Positions 24,797 to 39,918 of a DNA stretch of 64,000 nucleotides are shown here, in pieces. The DNA is from Octopus vulgaris (Eukaryota), in NCBI GenBank assembly GCA_951406725.2, contig OX597823.1:868001-932000 (forward strand), given 5' to 3'. Position numbers and translations under genes: made by a program. The notes beneath the pieces are model-generated. The model did no database searches, was not told the DNA's origin, and saw nothing but the letters and a program-made list of their open reading frames with translations. Position 1 is the first letter of the stretch. Each line of letters begins with the position of its first letter.

Positions 24797-27700
24797 GTAA
24801 GCAACTGACCCAGTTCTTCATTTTATTTCCCATATAGGGGCCATTATGATGAAAGCTGATAAGCTTCTAGAAAGATGCGTTTGTGTTTTCATTTTCATTC
24901 ATGGTTAAAGGAATTTTCATTTGATTTGTATGACACGAAACTAATTCTCTTTGGAAAGATATGACAGGCCGTTATATACAAAAGTATGAACGTTAGGCTA
25001 CATTATATCCTAAGGTATGTGTGTTAGGTTGGGGTATGTATGAAGGAATCCTTTTCTTTTCTGATTGTAACATTGACAATAATGGAAGATTTTATGCCAA
25101 TGTTTTAGGCTGCGGTTTCTGCCTGACATTGAGGATTTGAGACAATAATCGTTGGTTATGATTGATGTGAGAAGATTTTGCTCAGAGGATTGCCTTTGTT
25201 TAGCTGTGGTTGGATGAATTAGAAATGAAGGATGCAAAAGGAGCCAATGTAGGGCTATCTGATCTCGGATTAGTTATCTGGATTAATGTTAAAGAGAGAT
25301 TATTTGAGAGGAGTTGAATGGATTAGGAAATGGTTAGTTGATCCAATAAGAGCAGACAGTGATAGATGGGTTGGAAAGAGAAAGAAAATGATGAGTATTT
25401 GATAATCAGAATGTGAGACAAGGAATTGAAGAGGGAGACTAGTTTTGAATTTAACTTCTGCTACAATTGTCCACAAATGTTTAAATAAATATTAGAGTGT
25501 CAAACTGATAGATTAAAGATGAAGTAATGGTTAGTGCCACACTCCTGGAAGAACTAATGTTACAGTTTAGAATATTGTCTTGGACAGGGATTTGGCCAAA
25601 AAAGCTGCCATCAAGTTGCCAAAAGAAGAATAAAATCTGATGTGATTGAGCGATCTGAAAACTAGGTTGACCGTCGTCGTCATCGTTTAGCGTCCGCTTT
25701 CTATGCTAGCATGGGTTGGACGCTTCAACTGGAGTCTGGGAAGCCAGAAGGCTGCACCAGGCCCAGTCTGATCTGGCAATGTTTCTACGGCTGGATGCCC
25801 TTCCTAACGCCAACCACTCCATGAGTGTAGTGGGTGCTTTTTATGTGCCACCGGCACAGGTGCCAGACGAAGCTGGCAAACGGCCACGATCGGATGGTGC
25901 TTTTTACGTGCCACCGGCATGGAGGCCAGGCAAGGCTGGCAAACAGCCACCCGATTCTCTGAAATTCTGAGTTGCATCTGTCTTTGGTACATTTTGATGT
26001 TGAGGTGCAGTGAGGAACATAACAAGGGGCTGGTGATTGCTCCCTTATTAAACCGGTCAGCAGTCACTCTATATTGCAGTGACGAATAGATGGGAAGTCG
26101 CAGAAAAACTTGCAATGAAAAAATATCATATTTTATTTAAATTCTATAAATAACAGCTAGAGTAATTAAAATAATTAATTATTTTATTAACTGACAAATA
26201 TATTACTTGCATACACTCATCACAGTGTATATAACAATAGAGCAGTTTATATAATTATAACATATCAAATACAATGATATACAATGACAGTGCAGTTTAT
26301 ATAAGACGATACAAGAAATAACCATGATTTATTCAATATCTTAAAAAAAACCAATAAATCAAACTCAAAACAAGGAAACCCCATAAAATCAATCAAAAGT
26401 CTGTGAGTTTTTATTTTCCTGTGTGAATGGTTTCCTTGGCTTCATTCCATTAACCGAAATGTCTTTGAGTCAGAAGTACATCTACCTTCCCTTTTAAATT
26501 GTTTTCTTTTTCACAAACTATTTATTGGAACTAATTCATATTTACCTTTATTTATTTTTAAAGGTGTTCATGCACACGTTAATTACTTTCATTTGAACAT
26601 GTTTTGAGTGTAAAATATTATTTTAGGATAAGGAAGACCCTCCATGTGTCTGTCTATCAAAACCCTTCTTTGGCAGTTCCACAAAATCATTTAAAGAAGA
26701 CAAACGTTTCTCTTTTCTTTGAATGGTTCTTTACAAAACATTTGTCCCTTCTTCCTCCCATGAGACACCAATAAACCTACTAGAAATAGCAACCAAATCT
26801 CCTTCAGATTACTCTAGAGCAATCTGCTGAGGAGGTCAAGAGGAAGGAGCAGTGCTCTCCCTCAAAGAAAATAAAAAAACACATTAATGTCCCTTTTGAA
26901 GTTTTGTCAACATCAGGAGCAGTGGCGGGGGGGGGGGGGATTCTGGGAAGGAAGGACAGGGTGTGGGGCCATGAGGTGGATATCTCATCATCTTTCAACA
27001 TAGTTGAACAACCAATGTTAGTTAAATGGCGATTCCAAGTACAAGTTGTAATATTCAACCTTTTGATCCCTGAATACAAAATGTGGGTTTGCAAGAGCTC
27101 CATTTCTGAGTCCTCATCTCACCCTTGTGCACCAAAATCCATCACAAGGTGTGACCCGTTTACTGCTCAGTGGACTGGAACAGAATGAAATGAAGTGTTT
27201 CGCTCAAGAGCACAATGTATAGCTGGTCGTAGCAATTGAAAGCATGCTCTTGTAATTGTGAGTGTAATACCGTAGCCTCTGGGCCATGATCATTCACCAT
27301 AATAAGGGTGATAGCAGGAAGAGAGCCAAGTGGGATGGAATGTGTGAGTGGAGGTGGCACAGTGCCAGTTGGTTTTCATGAGACCATTATAGTAGTGGTA
27401 GAAAAAGGAGAGAGAGGAGACACAACATGTTTGTGGGCAAGGGGATGGGGAGTGGCATCATGTCAGTTAATCAGGTGACCCTTTCAGAAAAGGGTCACCT
27501 GATTAACTGCAGCAGTACTGTTCCAAATGTGAAAGAAATGCTCCATTATGGGCTGCTCCTGAGCTTTGTTGAGAATCAATAATTATTCCTAGCTGAAGTA
27601 TCTTCTGTCTGTGAAGAGAAGGAGAAATCGTTGGGACAGTCATGGTAGGAACATCCTTGATCAGGTTAAGCCTGAAACTAAACAACCCCTTTCATATTTT

Positions 27701-27808
27701 TATTTCCCCTCACATAACCATTAACCTTACCTTTAGACACACAAATGTTATTCAAAGGTAAATTTGGTGAAAATGCTTAACATGTTTGTGTTTTTGTTTT
27801 TGTTGCAG

Positions 27809-27984
27809 CCCCAGCGGTGGAGTACAGTTGTGATGAAGGCCGAGGTGACCAGCCGACAGCGCCTCCTCTTTTAGGACAACATACAAGAGAGATCCTGCAA
27901 GATATTTTAAGTTTAAGCCATGAAGATATCAAGAGTTTATTATCCAAAGGGATTGTGGAATGTGCTGCATTGTCAGATAAATAA
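27809..27984 (+). CDS. SUGCT: SUGCT-like last coding exon (stop TAA)
   Basis: gcag| then (A)PAVEYSCDEGRGDQPTAPPLLGQHTREILQDILSLSHEDIKSLLSKGIVECAALSDK*, with the PP.LGQHT motif. The ten exons total 1017 nt in one open frame. Confidence 0.95.
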
Positions 27985-30448
27985 CATTTAGAGATTAAGC
28001 TAAATCTTAACATACAGGTTGTAGGGGGGGGGGGTGGCAGGTGGGGGAGGAGCTCGTTAACAAGTTTTAGAATCTTGTTTTACCTGTATGGAGAGATTTT
28101 GACTGACATCTTTGAATATAGAACAGTGATATCATCCATTCTTGTAACCTTGTCATATACAGGTATAGATCTGGCCCCTTTGCTTAGGTCTTTTGAAAAT
28201 CCCGGATCTTTTGGGGTTTGTAAATAAGATTTATATGTTATATGATTCCAATTTGTTACTGAAATATTTACCTACAGCTTTAACAATCTGACCCTGCTTT
28301 GATTTTTGCCTGGATTTCTGCTGTTTGTTCTTCACTTTCTTTCCATTATTAAAAGCAACATTCGTAGATCAGGAAGAAACAATGTTATAAAATGTGTTTA
28401 TTTTTTTATTTTTCTATTTTTTTTCATTTTAAGATTGATTAGTAAAAACTTTTCAGGAGAAAACTTCAACATTTTGAATCAATTCTAGTTTATTTGTGGT
28501 TTATTTCTGGTAATTATTTAATTAATTTTAGAAAGATGCAAGATAAAGAAGACGAAATCAGAATGGATCAAGAATGGAATTATGAATATTCTTTGAATTC
28601 TTGTCTGCTACAATGTCTCATCGGTAACTTAAGGAACATTTGTGTATGTTGGTACATCACCATCATCATCCTCATCCTCATCATCATCATCCTCATCATG
28701 TAATATCTGTATTCCATGACAGGGCTGTGCCAAGCTGCAATGTCAACATGGCACAACCCTGAGGATGGATGTCTTTCCTAATGGCGACCACTTTAGAGTG
28801 TTTAATGGATGCTTTCTTATGTGACCCCAGTGAGGTAGCCATGTAATTTGTAAGGCAAGGAAAGAAGAGAACGAAGGAAAAAAGAAAAGGGCCTCTGTGG
28901 CAGGGAGTGTGGCTTTTAGGGAGGTGGCATTATGCCAGGTGTTGAGTGGTAAAGGGATAAGACCATGGCTACCCCTCACTAGATAGGGGTGAGAAGTAGT
29001 AACTGGGAAGGAGATAAAAATGATAGTGATGGGGTGCCAGACCAAAGAAAGTGAACATAAGAGAGGATACAGTTAATGGCTGGGGTGGGGTGGGGTGGGG
29101 GAGGTGAGGGTAGAGGTGCAGCTGATGGGAAATGTCAATATATAGAAGGGTAAAGTGGGAGAGATAGCAGTGGGTTAAGAAGGAGGAGATAGCAGAAGGG
29201 GAGGATGTGGGGGAGAAGGAGATGTGGGCAGGGGTGGTGGTACATAAAGGGGTCATAATACAAATATATTTGTTGAAGCAGAAGGTGTGTGGCATGGAGG
29301 CGAATTTATTCTGGAGAATCCCAAAATGTTTTATTGACTCAACCATCCATTTCATCCATTTTCAAGAGAAACTAGTTTCTGCTTTGAAGATGTTCAGAAA
29401 CTCCAAGTAAGATAAACATCAAATTTCTAGATTTTAAAGACATAATCTTGAAAATTTTCAGATTTTGAGAATAAATTCTTGGGCCATGTTAGTTTTTAAA
29501 GTTATATAAATTGTAAGAACAAAAAGTCGTAATTTTGAAGACTAAAGAATAAATAATTTCAGTGACATTTGTGATGGAAGCTGCTAGAAATAACAGCTGA
29601 ATCTCTTGCAAATCATGTCATGTTTAAAATGGGAAAGAAACATATCTATTCTGCTGGATGATTTGACTTTCGTATTAAGTCTATTGAAGGCTAAATGCTT
29701 AGTGCCATCTCATTTGTCATTACAATCTGAGTTCAAATTCTGCTGAGGTCAACTTTACCTTTCATTCTTTTGGGGTTGATAAAATAAGTACCAGTTGCAC
29801 ATTGGGGAGGAGCAGGGGTCGATGTAATCAACTAGTCCCCTCCCCGGGAATTTCAGGCCTTGTGCCTCTGGTAGAAAGGATATTAAGTCTATTGACTGTG
29901 GGCTGGCCTGGGGCTATGTTTGTGTAGTAATAATGATGGTGGTGGTGGTGGTGGTTGTTGTCTGATAATGCTGTATTGTGTGTGTGTGTGAGTCAATGTA
30001 AAATGCTGTGTTTCTGTTAAAAGGTAACTCAACAATGGATGGTTGGGCTTTGAGTTGGTTGGAACCAGTAAAAGACTCAACAACACGCTATGGATATGAA
30101 CTTATCACATCAACACACAAACATTTGTTCTAGATGTTTCTCTCATTCTATATCTTAAAAAAAAACATTATTCAATAAATGAAATCAGCAAATTTATTGA
30201 TCGCAAGATTTGGTTTCTTGACTCCATAATTTGATCTGCCAGAGGCTACCTAGGACTTTCCTCTGTTCTCTGAAAGAAGCCATAAAGCCAATTTTACGCT
30301 CTCCGCGAACACTTATGAGGAGTCACACTCTCAGGGTAGAATGCCATAGAATTCCAGTGGATCTTTAACAAGGAATTTAACTTTGACAAAAACGCACAAT
30401 TCCAGAGAAATTATTCATTTTTATGTTTGAATCATAAAATATCTTTGG

Positions 30449-30513
<65 letters not shown>

Positions 30514-32109
30514 ACAAAGAAATATTTGGATAATAACATCGAACATGTTATTAATTCCAAGGTTTCCAAATAAAATTTTCTATGAAAATAGCGACAATCT
30601 TTAAAATCAACAGTCAAGTGGAGTTTCTTTAAGAGTTGGTTTGAATCTTCATAACAGACGTTGGTTTAAATATTTTCTCCTTCACACCAGATCCACCCCA
30701 CGACATCTATTATTTTTGTAGTTTACATTTCAAATTAAATCTTCAGATATTTACTCTCCTCCACACAACCTCAATCCAATCAATTCCAATCAAAAATAAA
30801 CAGATTCCAAACCATATTTGTTGACGAAGTGTTTTCATTATGGCGACACTTTTCTTCACTAAAATATTTTCGACGAATGTTTTAAGGCTGCTATTTTATG
30901 CTTGAAGAGTTGCAATAGCCATGAAGGAACGAACAGTTGCGTCTTCCTATCCCACAACTGGTGTTCCGTTGCGTTGATGTCTCAGAAATCACTGAGCAAC
31001 CACCTAACAACGAATTTGTTAAGTGATGGCTGTAGCAGTGAGGTGGTGGTGGTTGTGGTAAAGGTTGTAGTGGTGCCTGCAGTTATTTGCTGATGATCGT
31101 AGGGAAGTGATGAGGCATTCAGTAGTTGGCTAGAAGCAGTCACATTGTGTTCTTGGGCGTGTTTCTTAACTCTACTTGTATAATTAAACAAAATAAAATG
31201 TTTCGTTTAGCCAATAGTCATATATTCTTGGATGAAATTCTTAACTCTGTTTGGATAATTATAGAAAATCAAACAAATATTTCGTTTAGTTAGTAAACAT
31301 ACTGTGTTTTAGGACGAATTTCTTAACTCTATCCTCTTGTTTAAATAAACTAGAACGAATAAATTTCGTTTAAGCGAAGAAATGCTAAAGTGATCTTTTT
31401 CACATTTAATTGGATATAAAGTATAAGATGGAAATATGAGATAAAAGAATATTTATATTAACCAAATACCTTGATGATGTCTCGTGTTTCACAGGAGTTA
31501 GCGAGCAACTTGGCAAAATAAATTGATTCCATTAATGAGGCCTAATGGCATTCTTGACATTGGGTCTCTTCACAACTAAAAGTCGTGACCGTTAACGGCC
31601 ATGGCATCAAGATAAATAGAAATGGTTTTAAATATTGATTGTAAGCAATCTCTCTCTCTTAATCCTTTTTCCCCCTGTGGAGCACTGGGCCTCAACGGTT
31701 GTTTTTAATAATTTGACGTAAAAACAACGCCAGACAATGATAAACTTAATACTCGCCGTTGTTCCATCAATTGAACCGTGACTGTTGTTTCTTTAAGCAT
31801 CCTGCGAACGGAACTCGTGAAAGGTTACTAATTTCACCTGGTGACTGCTCAGCAATAAAAATAAAAGCTGCTATGAATGATTTAATTAAGCCAGAACAAA
31901 TTTACATTCTTGGTAATTAGAAAAATAATTGTTGCTTCTTTGATTAAAAGAGTAATACTAAAGATAATCCCAGAATGGAAATGTTTTATCTATTTATTGT
32001 TTTCTTTAATAATTATGAAGATGTCTGGTAAATGAATTGATCCGAGACTGTGCGTTTGGAACTAAACCAATTCCAGTCTGGAAGATATAGATTTGCCATT
32101 CAAAAACAC

Positions 32110-32340
32110 AAAAATTAAATATTTATTAATTGGTGTCAAAATTTTCCCCTGAGAAAGAAGCTGGTTTCTAACAAAAATGCAAAGCTCCATCGTTGGAACG
32201 AAGGCAATAAGAATAATGTCACATTTTGAACTTGGGAAAAGTCTTGCAGATTTTTATTGTTCCGCTTACAGATTGTATTTGTAATGTGCGAATCAGTTGG
32301 TCGATTTCTTTTTCTGAAGATCCTAGCTTATCCAGATTAT
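32110..32340 (-). mobile_element. 3' fragment of an R4-like RLE non-LTR retrotransposon abutting (TACA)n
   Basis: LDKLGSSEKEIDQLIRTLQIQSVSGTIKICKTF aligns with the C-terminus of the 57754-58131 ORF. Confidence 0.7.
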
Positions 32341-32534
32341 GCATGCGCGCATGTATGTATGTATGTATGTATGTATGTATGTATGTATGTATGTATGTAT
32401 GTATGTATGTATGTATGTATGTATGTATGCATGCATGCATGTATGCATGTATGCATATTGTAAAGTGTGTTGAGGAATGTGTGTGTTTTGGAGAGTTGGA
32501 TACAGAGTGGCTGAAGTAAACACAAAAAACTGAT

Positions 32535-32569
<35 letters not shown>

Positions 32570-33394
32570 TTGGTGGTTGCCAGAAATGGTACGAGAAACC
32601 GATCTAAATAGTATTTAGTTCCGTCTCTTTAGTTTCAAGTTCGAATCGTTGTGAAGTCAATCTTACTCTCCAATCATTCGCTGTTCATAAAGTATCAATA
32701 AATTAAAATCGATTGGAATGTCATCCTCTCCCTCTCCCTTCTCTCCCTTCCCCCATCTCTCCCCCCCTGGCCCTCTTCCTTCTCTCTCCATTTTTTAGTT
32801 GCCTTGCACCAACATTAAGGATGATTGTTATCGTTGTTGCTGTTAAATGCGCAATCTTTTACCGATAGATCGATACTCCAGAAGGTGATCATAATTCCAG
32901 TCATCATACCAACGACAACTTCCGCTCTCCGATTCGTCACATGTCACTCTGGGTTGGTACTCGTCACGGATTGGTAGGTGTGGCTTGGGAGGTCGTTTCC
33001 CCAATGAGTAGAAACTCTCGTAGTAATACCTAGAGTCAAAGGAATAAAGAATTACGAAAGGATGTTTATATAGACGTCACATGACGAGGAGATCACGTAG
33101 CTTGAGTTTTCTTAATTACGGCTCTCTACTAATGAATGGCGAGAAAAAAAGAAAGAGAGGATAAGTTCTGAGGTATATCTATGAATGAATGATGAAAACA
33201 TGAGTTGTGCGACAGATCCAAGTGGTCCCACAGGTGTAAGTAACGCGAAGGGAATCGCTGCAATTGTTAAGCACACAACGTGAATAATTTATCATATGCA
33301 TCTTAGAAATATTCAAGAGGATTTCAAGCCAGAATTGGTATTAATGTCCTGAAGAAATCAGGCATCTGAAATGTACTTACGCACGCGCACACAC

Positions 33395-33462
<68 letters not shown>

Positions 33463-34393
33463 CATACACATATACATACATACATTGTGTGTGTGTGTAT
33501 GCCTGAGATATGAGTTTTCAGGTTGTTAGATGAGTGATTGTATGTCATTACTGTTGAAGGATCGAAGACCAGCTAATATCGATGAGGCTTTAGTTTCTGT
33601 GTCTGCAACAGCAAGAATATACTTGGAAATTTAGTATTTATGGCTTTCAAATGCATGACGACTGATCTTTTATAGAGAACAGAAAAACAAACTGTTTTTT
33701 CCTGTTATTTCTGCTGGAGATAAAACCTGGTTCCTTCTCCGTCTCTTCGCCCTTGAGCTAAAACCTGATAAAGTAACCCAACATTTACGATTCATAATCA
33801 GACACCAGTCAACAGATTTACAACGAATACATTTATTAAACAATGTTGTCATTCATATTTACAACTGCATCTATTACACTGAATCAATCTTTTTCTTTCT
33901 TTGGTCAGTAAGTTTTACTTCCTATTTGCTTTATCTAGAAACCAAAGGGACTGGCTACTCTTCCCTTCAAACTTTGCTTTTGTCACTTGGAGATCAATGC
34001 TTTGAAACTGACCTATTTTCCATTATATTTCAGACAAATTCAGTGTTGAGTTGCTGAAGCAGAAATATCGTTATAGCAAATATTCTGTTCAATACCACAG
34101 ATTTGCTTATCAGTTGTTTGACCATAACCACTTGAACATGGCCCTTAGTGGTTGACAATATGTGCACCTCTGAACATGAGTAGTTGGGGAGCATCATAGT
34201 CATGTGTTGAGAGGGATTCTTTGGGGTTTGAATAGATATCATAACAAAGGCAAAATTTGAAGAAGGAAATATTAGCCATTTTTCATATTTCCTAAGGATG
34301 AGCAAATGGGAAATAACAGTTGCTACACATGGAGGAAAATCGTGTTACACAGTGTTATAGCTACCATTTATGTCATTTATTTTGCAGTACATA

Positions 34394-34800
34394 GGCGCAA
34401 GAGTGGCTGTGTGGTAAGTAGTTTGCTTACCAGCCACATGGTTCCGGGTTCAGTCCCACTGCATGGCACCTTGGGCAAGTGTCTTCTACTATAGCCTCGG
34501 GCCGACCAAAGCCTTGTGAGTGGATTTGATAGACGGAAACTGAAAAAAAGCCCGTACTATATATGTATGTATATGTATGTATGTATGTGTATATGTGTCT
34601 GTGTTTGTCCCCCCAACATCGCTACAAGCCGATGCTGGTGTGTTTACGTCCCCTTAACTTAGCAGTTCGGCAAAAGAGACCGATAGAATAAGTAATAGGC
34701 TTACAAAGAATAAGTCCTGAGATCGATTTGCTCGACTAAAGGCGGTGCTCCAGCATGGCCACAGTCACATGACTGAAACAAGTAAAAGAGTAAAAGAGTA
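34394..34800 (+). mobile_element. Full-length tRNA-derived SINE
   Basis: GGCGCAAGAGTGGCTGTGTGGTAAG head, GGTTCAGTCCC B-box-like motif, internal (TATG)n, tail (GTAAAAGA)n. Confidence 0.85.
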
Positions 34801-35094
34801 ATTAATCAAGTTACAGCTATGATAGGACTTCTAGCAATGGACGTTTCTACGAATCCAAAAATGAAGCCGTGACCTTCTCATACTTACCATCTTTGGAGAA
34901 TATATTTATTTCCAGTTTTGACAGGATCAGCCAAATGATGTGATAAAGACTCACACTGACCCTTTTTGTTCATGTTGTTCCATAGCAGAGCTCTTCCTTT
35001 CCGGGGACGCACCCATATTCCTATTTCTGAGACGATATATCAAGAAAAATTTTAAAGTTATATGCTTTGATTTATGATCAATGTAATCGCAACG

Positions 35095-35120
35095 ATCAGT
35101 ACGACTGCAATGACGACGAC

Positions 35121-35169
<49 letters not shown>

Positions 35170-35261
35170 GCGATGAAGACGATGGATATCCTTTTTGCAA
35201 TGATTATCGGCCTTTCCGTCCGCATGATGATAATGATGATGATGATCATCATCGTCGTCGC

Positions 35262-35332
<71 letters not shown>

Positions 35333-35341
35333 TCGTCATCG

Positions 35342-35382
<41 letters not shown>

Positions 35383-35418
35383 GTCGTCGTCGTCGTCGCC
35401 ATCATCATCATCATCATC
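35095..35418. repeat. Compound trinucleotide repeat (GAT/GAC)n followed by (CAT/CGT)n
   Basis: Directly visible. The two halves are mutually complementary. Confidence 0.9.
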
Positions 35419-35865
35419 CCACCAAAGGGGGATTAAAAATAAACTATTTCCGTCCCTTCAATCCAGAAAGGATCAGTAAAAAAGCTGCTGAAAACAAAAG
35501 ATGAGAGTAGAGTTGTCGCCGAAGCCGTGTCGTGAACATCGGTCAACGAATGTTTATTGAATGACTTATTATGAATAACCTCAGACATGTTCCTTTACAT
35601 ACATTTAAAACGAAACGAATTCTACACTAAAACCATCGATTGACAATTTGGGACACTGTGATGTTTGTCTTTTGGATCATCTTTTAATCTTGAATCAGTT
35701 GTTGATGGAATGTTTCCATTGATATCTTTTCCAATCGTCTTTAGCTGATATGCCGGAGCTCGACTAATATGGGAAAATAACTAAAAAAAACAAACAAGAC
35801 AAACATTGCTGTAAACTCATTCCCCATCCATTCATTTCTCACTCTCCTCCTCTCTCTCCACTAAA

Positions 35866-36018
35866 TTTCTAGAACCTAAGGTTTCACGCTGGTGAAATCA
35901 ACAATTTTCAACGAATGTTAAAATCACGAATGACACTTTCATAAACTATAACAGCGGTGATTTTAAGCCTAGTTGAAAATTGTTGATTTTGTCAACGTGA
36001 AACCTAAGGTTCTAGAAA
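35866..36018. mobile_element. Small palindromic MITE-like element
   Basis: Imperfect inverted arms of about 60 bp: TTTCTAGAACCTAAGGTTTCACG...CGTGAAACCTAAGGTTCTAGAAA. Confidence 0.7.
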
Positions 36019-36127
36019 GTTAACATGAATTCTATTAAAAAGAATTGTTTCTCCAACTACCCGGTGTTGAATACTCAATCTTCCAGCTTGTTATTATCGT
36101 GTCTGTGTTTACACACACACGCGCGCG

Positions 36128-36161
<34 letters not shown>

Positions 36162-36978
36162 TCGTGAGAGAGAAAGAGGGAGAGGGGGAGAAAAATTCAT
36201 AGTCAAACTGCCTTCGTCAGACTCAAATACTCTCTAATCGACGTTTTCCAAACATAAACTATCTTCACGTCAAAAGAATCCATCATGTCTAATTATGTCA
36301 CAATCTCTCCTTAATGTCAATACATTTTAAAACATGTCGACAATAAACCAGGCTCTATACCTTCCGTTTGTAAATAACCTTGAATGATATCTTAGGAATC
36401 GGGAATATATTGGCTTTAGGTATTTAACAAGGATTAACTAGATTCTTGTTGTTTCATCTTCAGTTTTAAAATTTTTGCTCAATTCATCAGATACTCAAAA
36501 CATGTTTATAAGAAGAAGAGCTTGTCACGAAATCATTGAATTTAAGGGAATCCTTTGATAGTCTTCCTTTCTTCCTATTTCACCGTCTCTTCATATTTGT
36601 CAAACCTTCAAACCACAACTTTCAACGAACGCAGGCGAAGTTTTTATTTCTCTTTGATAAGAATTTCATTTCACATTTTCGCAATTTGTCATTTGAAAAC
36701 CAAGCCAAGTCCTTGCGGCTCACAAAAACCTTCAGTATCTTTAATACTGTGTACTCTATAATGTAGTAGTCTTATCTACAGGTTTACCTTAGAAATCTTA
36801 TTATTAAGATGTTGAATTAGGTTCAAATGCCGCCGGCGTCGATTTTGCCTTTTATCCTTTCAGGGTCGATAAATTATGTACCAGTTACAGACTAGGGTAT
36901 ATGTAACCGACTCATCCCCCCCCCCCCAATTTCAGGCCCTGTGCCTGTAGTAGACCAGATTATTAAGACACTGAATAA

Positions 36979-37190
36979 GGAGGTGAGCTGGCAGAATCGT
37001 TAGCACGCCGGACAAAATTCTTAGCGGCATTTCGTCTGCCACTACGTTCTGAGTTCAAATTCCACCGAGGTCGACTTTGCTTTTTATCCTTTCGGGGTCA
37101 ATAAAATAAGTTCCAGTTAAACACTAGTGTGGATATAATCCATTTACCCCTCCCCCCGAAATTGCTGGCCTCGTGTCAAAATTTGAAATC
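36979..37190 (+). mobile_element. SINE family 'GAGCTGGCAGAATCGTTAGC' (other copies at ~16823-17040, 29690-29885, 36820-36960, 55775-55980; minus copies at ~45325-45445 and 60243-61285)
   Basis: Shared GAGTTCAAATTCC B-box-like motif and central GTCGACTTTGCCTTTCATCCTTTCGGGGTCGATAAAATAAGTACCAG domain. Confidence 0.78.
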
Positions 37191-37432
37191 ATTGTTAAAA
37201 TGTTGAATCAATTAGGTTTAAGAATGCAATACCTACGGTGGAAACGTACAGTATGTTGACTATTAACAAGATTAGTAAAGTATTTTGACCCCAGAAATAA
37301 AAAAAGGAAAATGTAGTATTCGAGGGTTAAGATTCGATCTAAGAAAAATACAAACGTTTCACTTTATCGATATTTAGTCATCAATTTAATAATTCCTTGA
37401 ATTATCGAATGTTTTTGAATACACACACACAC

Positions 37433-37473
<41 letters not shown>

Positions 37474-37543
37474 TAGATATGTATATATATATATATACAC
37501 ATATATCTATATACACATATATGTATATATATGCATACAAGCG

Positions 37544-37584
<41 letters not shown>

Positions 37585-37766
37585 CACACACACACACACA
37601 TAAATATATATATCTTATCTGATGACAAGCACATACTGGCTTCCAGTCTGTGTGGGTGTGAAAGTTACCCTTCTAAATAGATTTGTACTTATTCATTAAT
37701 AAGTATATGTGTGTGTATATGTTTCTGTACATATACACACGCACACACACACACAAACACAAACAT

Positions 37767-37838
<72 letters not shown>

Positions 37839-38493
37839 GCAAAGAGTTGAAAGATGAAACACATCTTTACATTATCAATAGAAATAAGATATCGAAGTAT
37901 CAGTGAAATGGTCTTAATCAGAACAACAGGATTCGATCTCACTACTCTTATACTATACGTTAATCTCCAGTTTTTATAGTTGTTCTAACCCTGCCTGTTG
38001 ATTAATAAGAAACGGGTGTCGGTGTGGGGTGGGGATGGACACAACAATAAACACCAACAAAAAACGTTGACAATATTAAAACATGGTGTTTGAACGTTTA
38101 CACTTTTGATATAAAAAATGGCTTCTTAATTCATTCTACTATTTTGTAAACATTTTTTCCCAATTAAAGGTAATTTACCTGGAAATCTTGTCTCGCCACC
38201 TTCAGTCACAGTTTCCAAATAGATGAGAACCGTAGCCACTTTGTCTCGTTGGTCCTCGTTGCGTTCTTGACAGTCCGTGTGTTTATAGCAGCCTGAAAAT
38301 AGCGACTCAATAGGTTGGGATTATGTGACATACAACAAAGAGAATCTGCAATTCTACGCAACATGCATATAATCTTACATTCTATACGTAAATATAGAAT
38401 ATGAAGGGTTTAGTTCACTGATCATCAGTGAACGAATAGGTACGCTGAATAAGCGCTATAATTAGTCCTCCGTTAGGTTCCAAGTTCACAGCT

Positions 38494-38569
38494 GAAGCTG
38501 GAGCTCTGATGAGGGCGTACGGCCATGCTAGCCTCACTTGGCATATCCCAGAAACAGCTGCAAGGCTTC
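38494..38569 (+). ncRNA. Degenerate hammerhead motif in a Penelope-type tail ending at TA repeats
   Basis: CUGAUGA (38506-38512), GGG..CCC stem II, GAAACAGCUG-CA. The expected GUA site reads GCA. Confidence 0.5.
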
Positions 38570-38713
38570 AAATTCACCTCATTCTAAAAGACTTGAGGTA
38601 CTCGTTCCGCCTTGGCTCTTGTTATCCTTTTCCCTCTAATATAATATATACGTAAATATATATGTATACATACTCACACTCACGCACACGCATACACACA
38701 CACAGAGACACAC

Positions 38714-38773
<60 letters not shown>

Positions 38774-39852
38774 CCATTAACACTGGACACAGACGGAAAC
38801 AAGTTGAAAATAAAACAAAAACCTAATTATTAAGGTGGGAGAGAAAAAAAAAACGGTTTTGAAACAATTAAATTACATAATGTTTTGAGAAGCCATCATT
38901 TTGATGAAGGGGAATTGCTACCGGAAGTCAGACATAGAGACATAGATATTCATACATATATACACAGACACACACACACATACACTCACTCACACAAACA
39001 CACTCACACAAACACACACAGCATCCATTGTATACAATCATATAAAACACACACTCACCATGCTGCTAATCCGCCTAAAGAAGTGATTATTTCTATTCTG
39101 TCAACAAGGAATGGTTTTGATTAGCGTCGAGTGGTTTGGAGCAAGTGGAAAGACGAGTGGTCAAGAGGAGAGACGTCCAACATCTAATTGGTTCCTCGAG
39201 GGATGGAACCTAGGAATCTGTTGATACAATCATTAACTTCATTTTAAGATTCCGCTTGATTTGCTGGTTGGTTGGTTATTTTTAAAATCTCGACCAGATT
39301 TCTAAGAATTGCCAGACCAGTCGCCTGGTTGCGTAGCGAACCAGTGAACCGTTGGGTTGCGGAGTGAAGAAGTAATGTGATGCGATGCTAAATGAGGGGA
39401 ATGGAAAACAGTTGGGAAGAGAAGTAGGGAGACACAAGATGAGTGGGTGGGAGTGCCATTGACATAATGGGCATGGATGGGACGGCCTGAACTACAGTTC
39501 GAGGAAATGCACGTCATATGAAATGATCGATACGTTGAGACTGGGGTCTGAAAGCCGTCCACACGCACACACACACACGCACACACACACACACTGATCC
39601 ACACACATGCGCACAAACAAACAAAAAGGAACGCAGTGTAAATAACGGACAGAGTCCAGACTATTGAAAAGGTTGCAAGACGCAACGGAAATTTTAGGAA
39701 AATATAAATAAGAAATAAGTGGAAATTTCACCGGTGAGTGTTACATTGTAAGGCACAAAAAGAAAATGACTCTCCCCAGACACAACAGAATATGCTTCAA
39801 CACACGAACTCATATAAAGAATCTTGCAAACCAAATCCAAAAACGAAATATG

Positions 39853-39918
<66 letters not shown>

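Noticed and set aside
26790-27500. Possible further PLE RT remnants (also ~28900-29250)
   Set aside because: Too decayed to delimit or translate convincingly.
35058-35504. Poly-D/H/R, poly-M/T/I ORFs
   Set aside because: These are translations of a trinucleotide microsatellite, open in several frames, with no splice or homology support.
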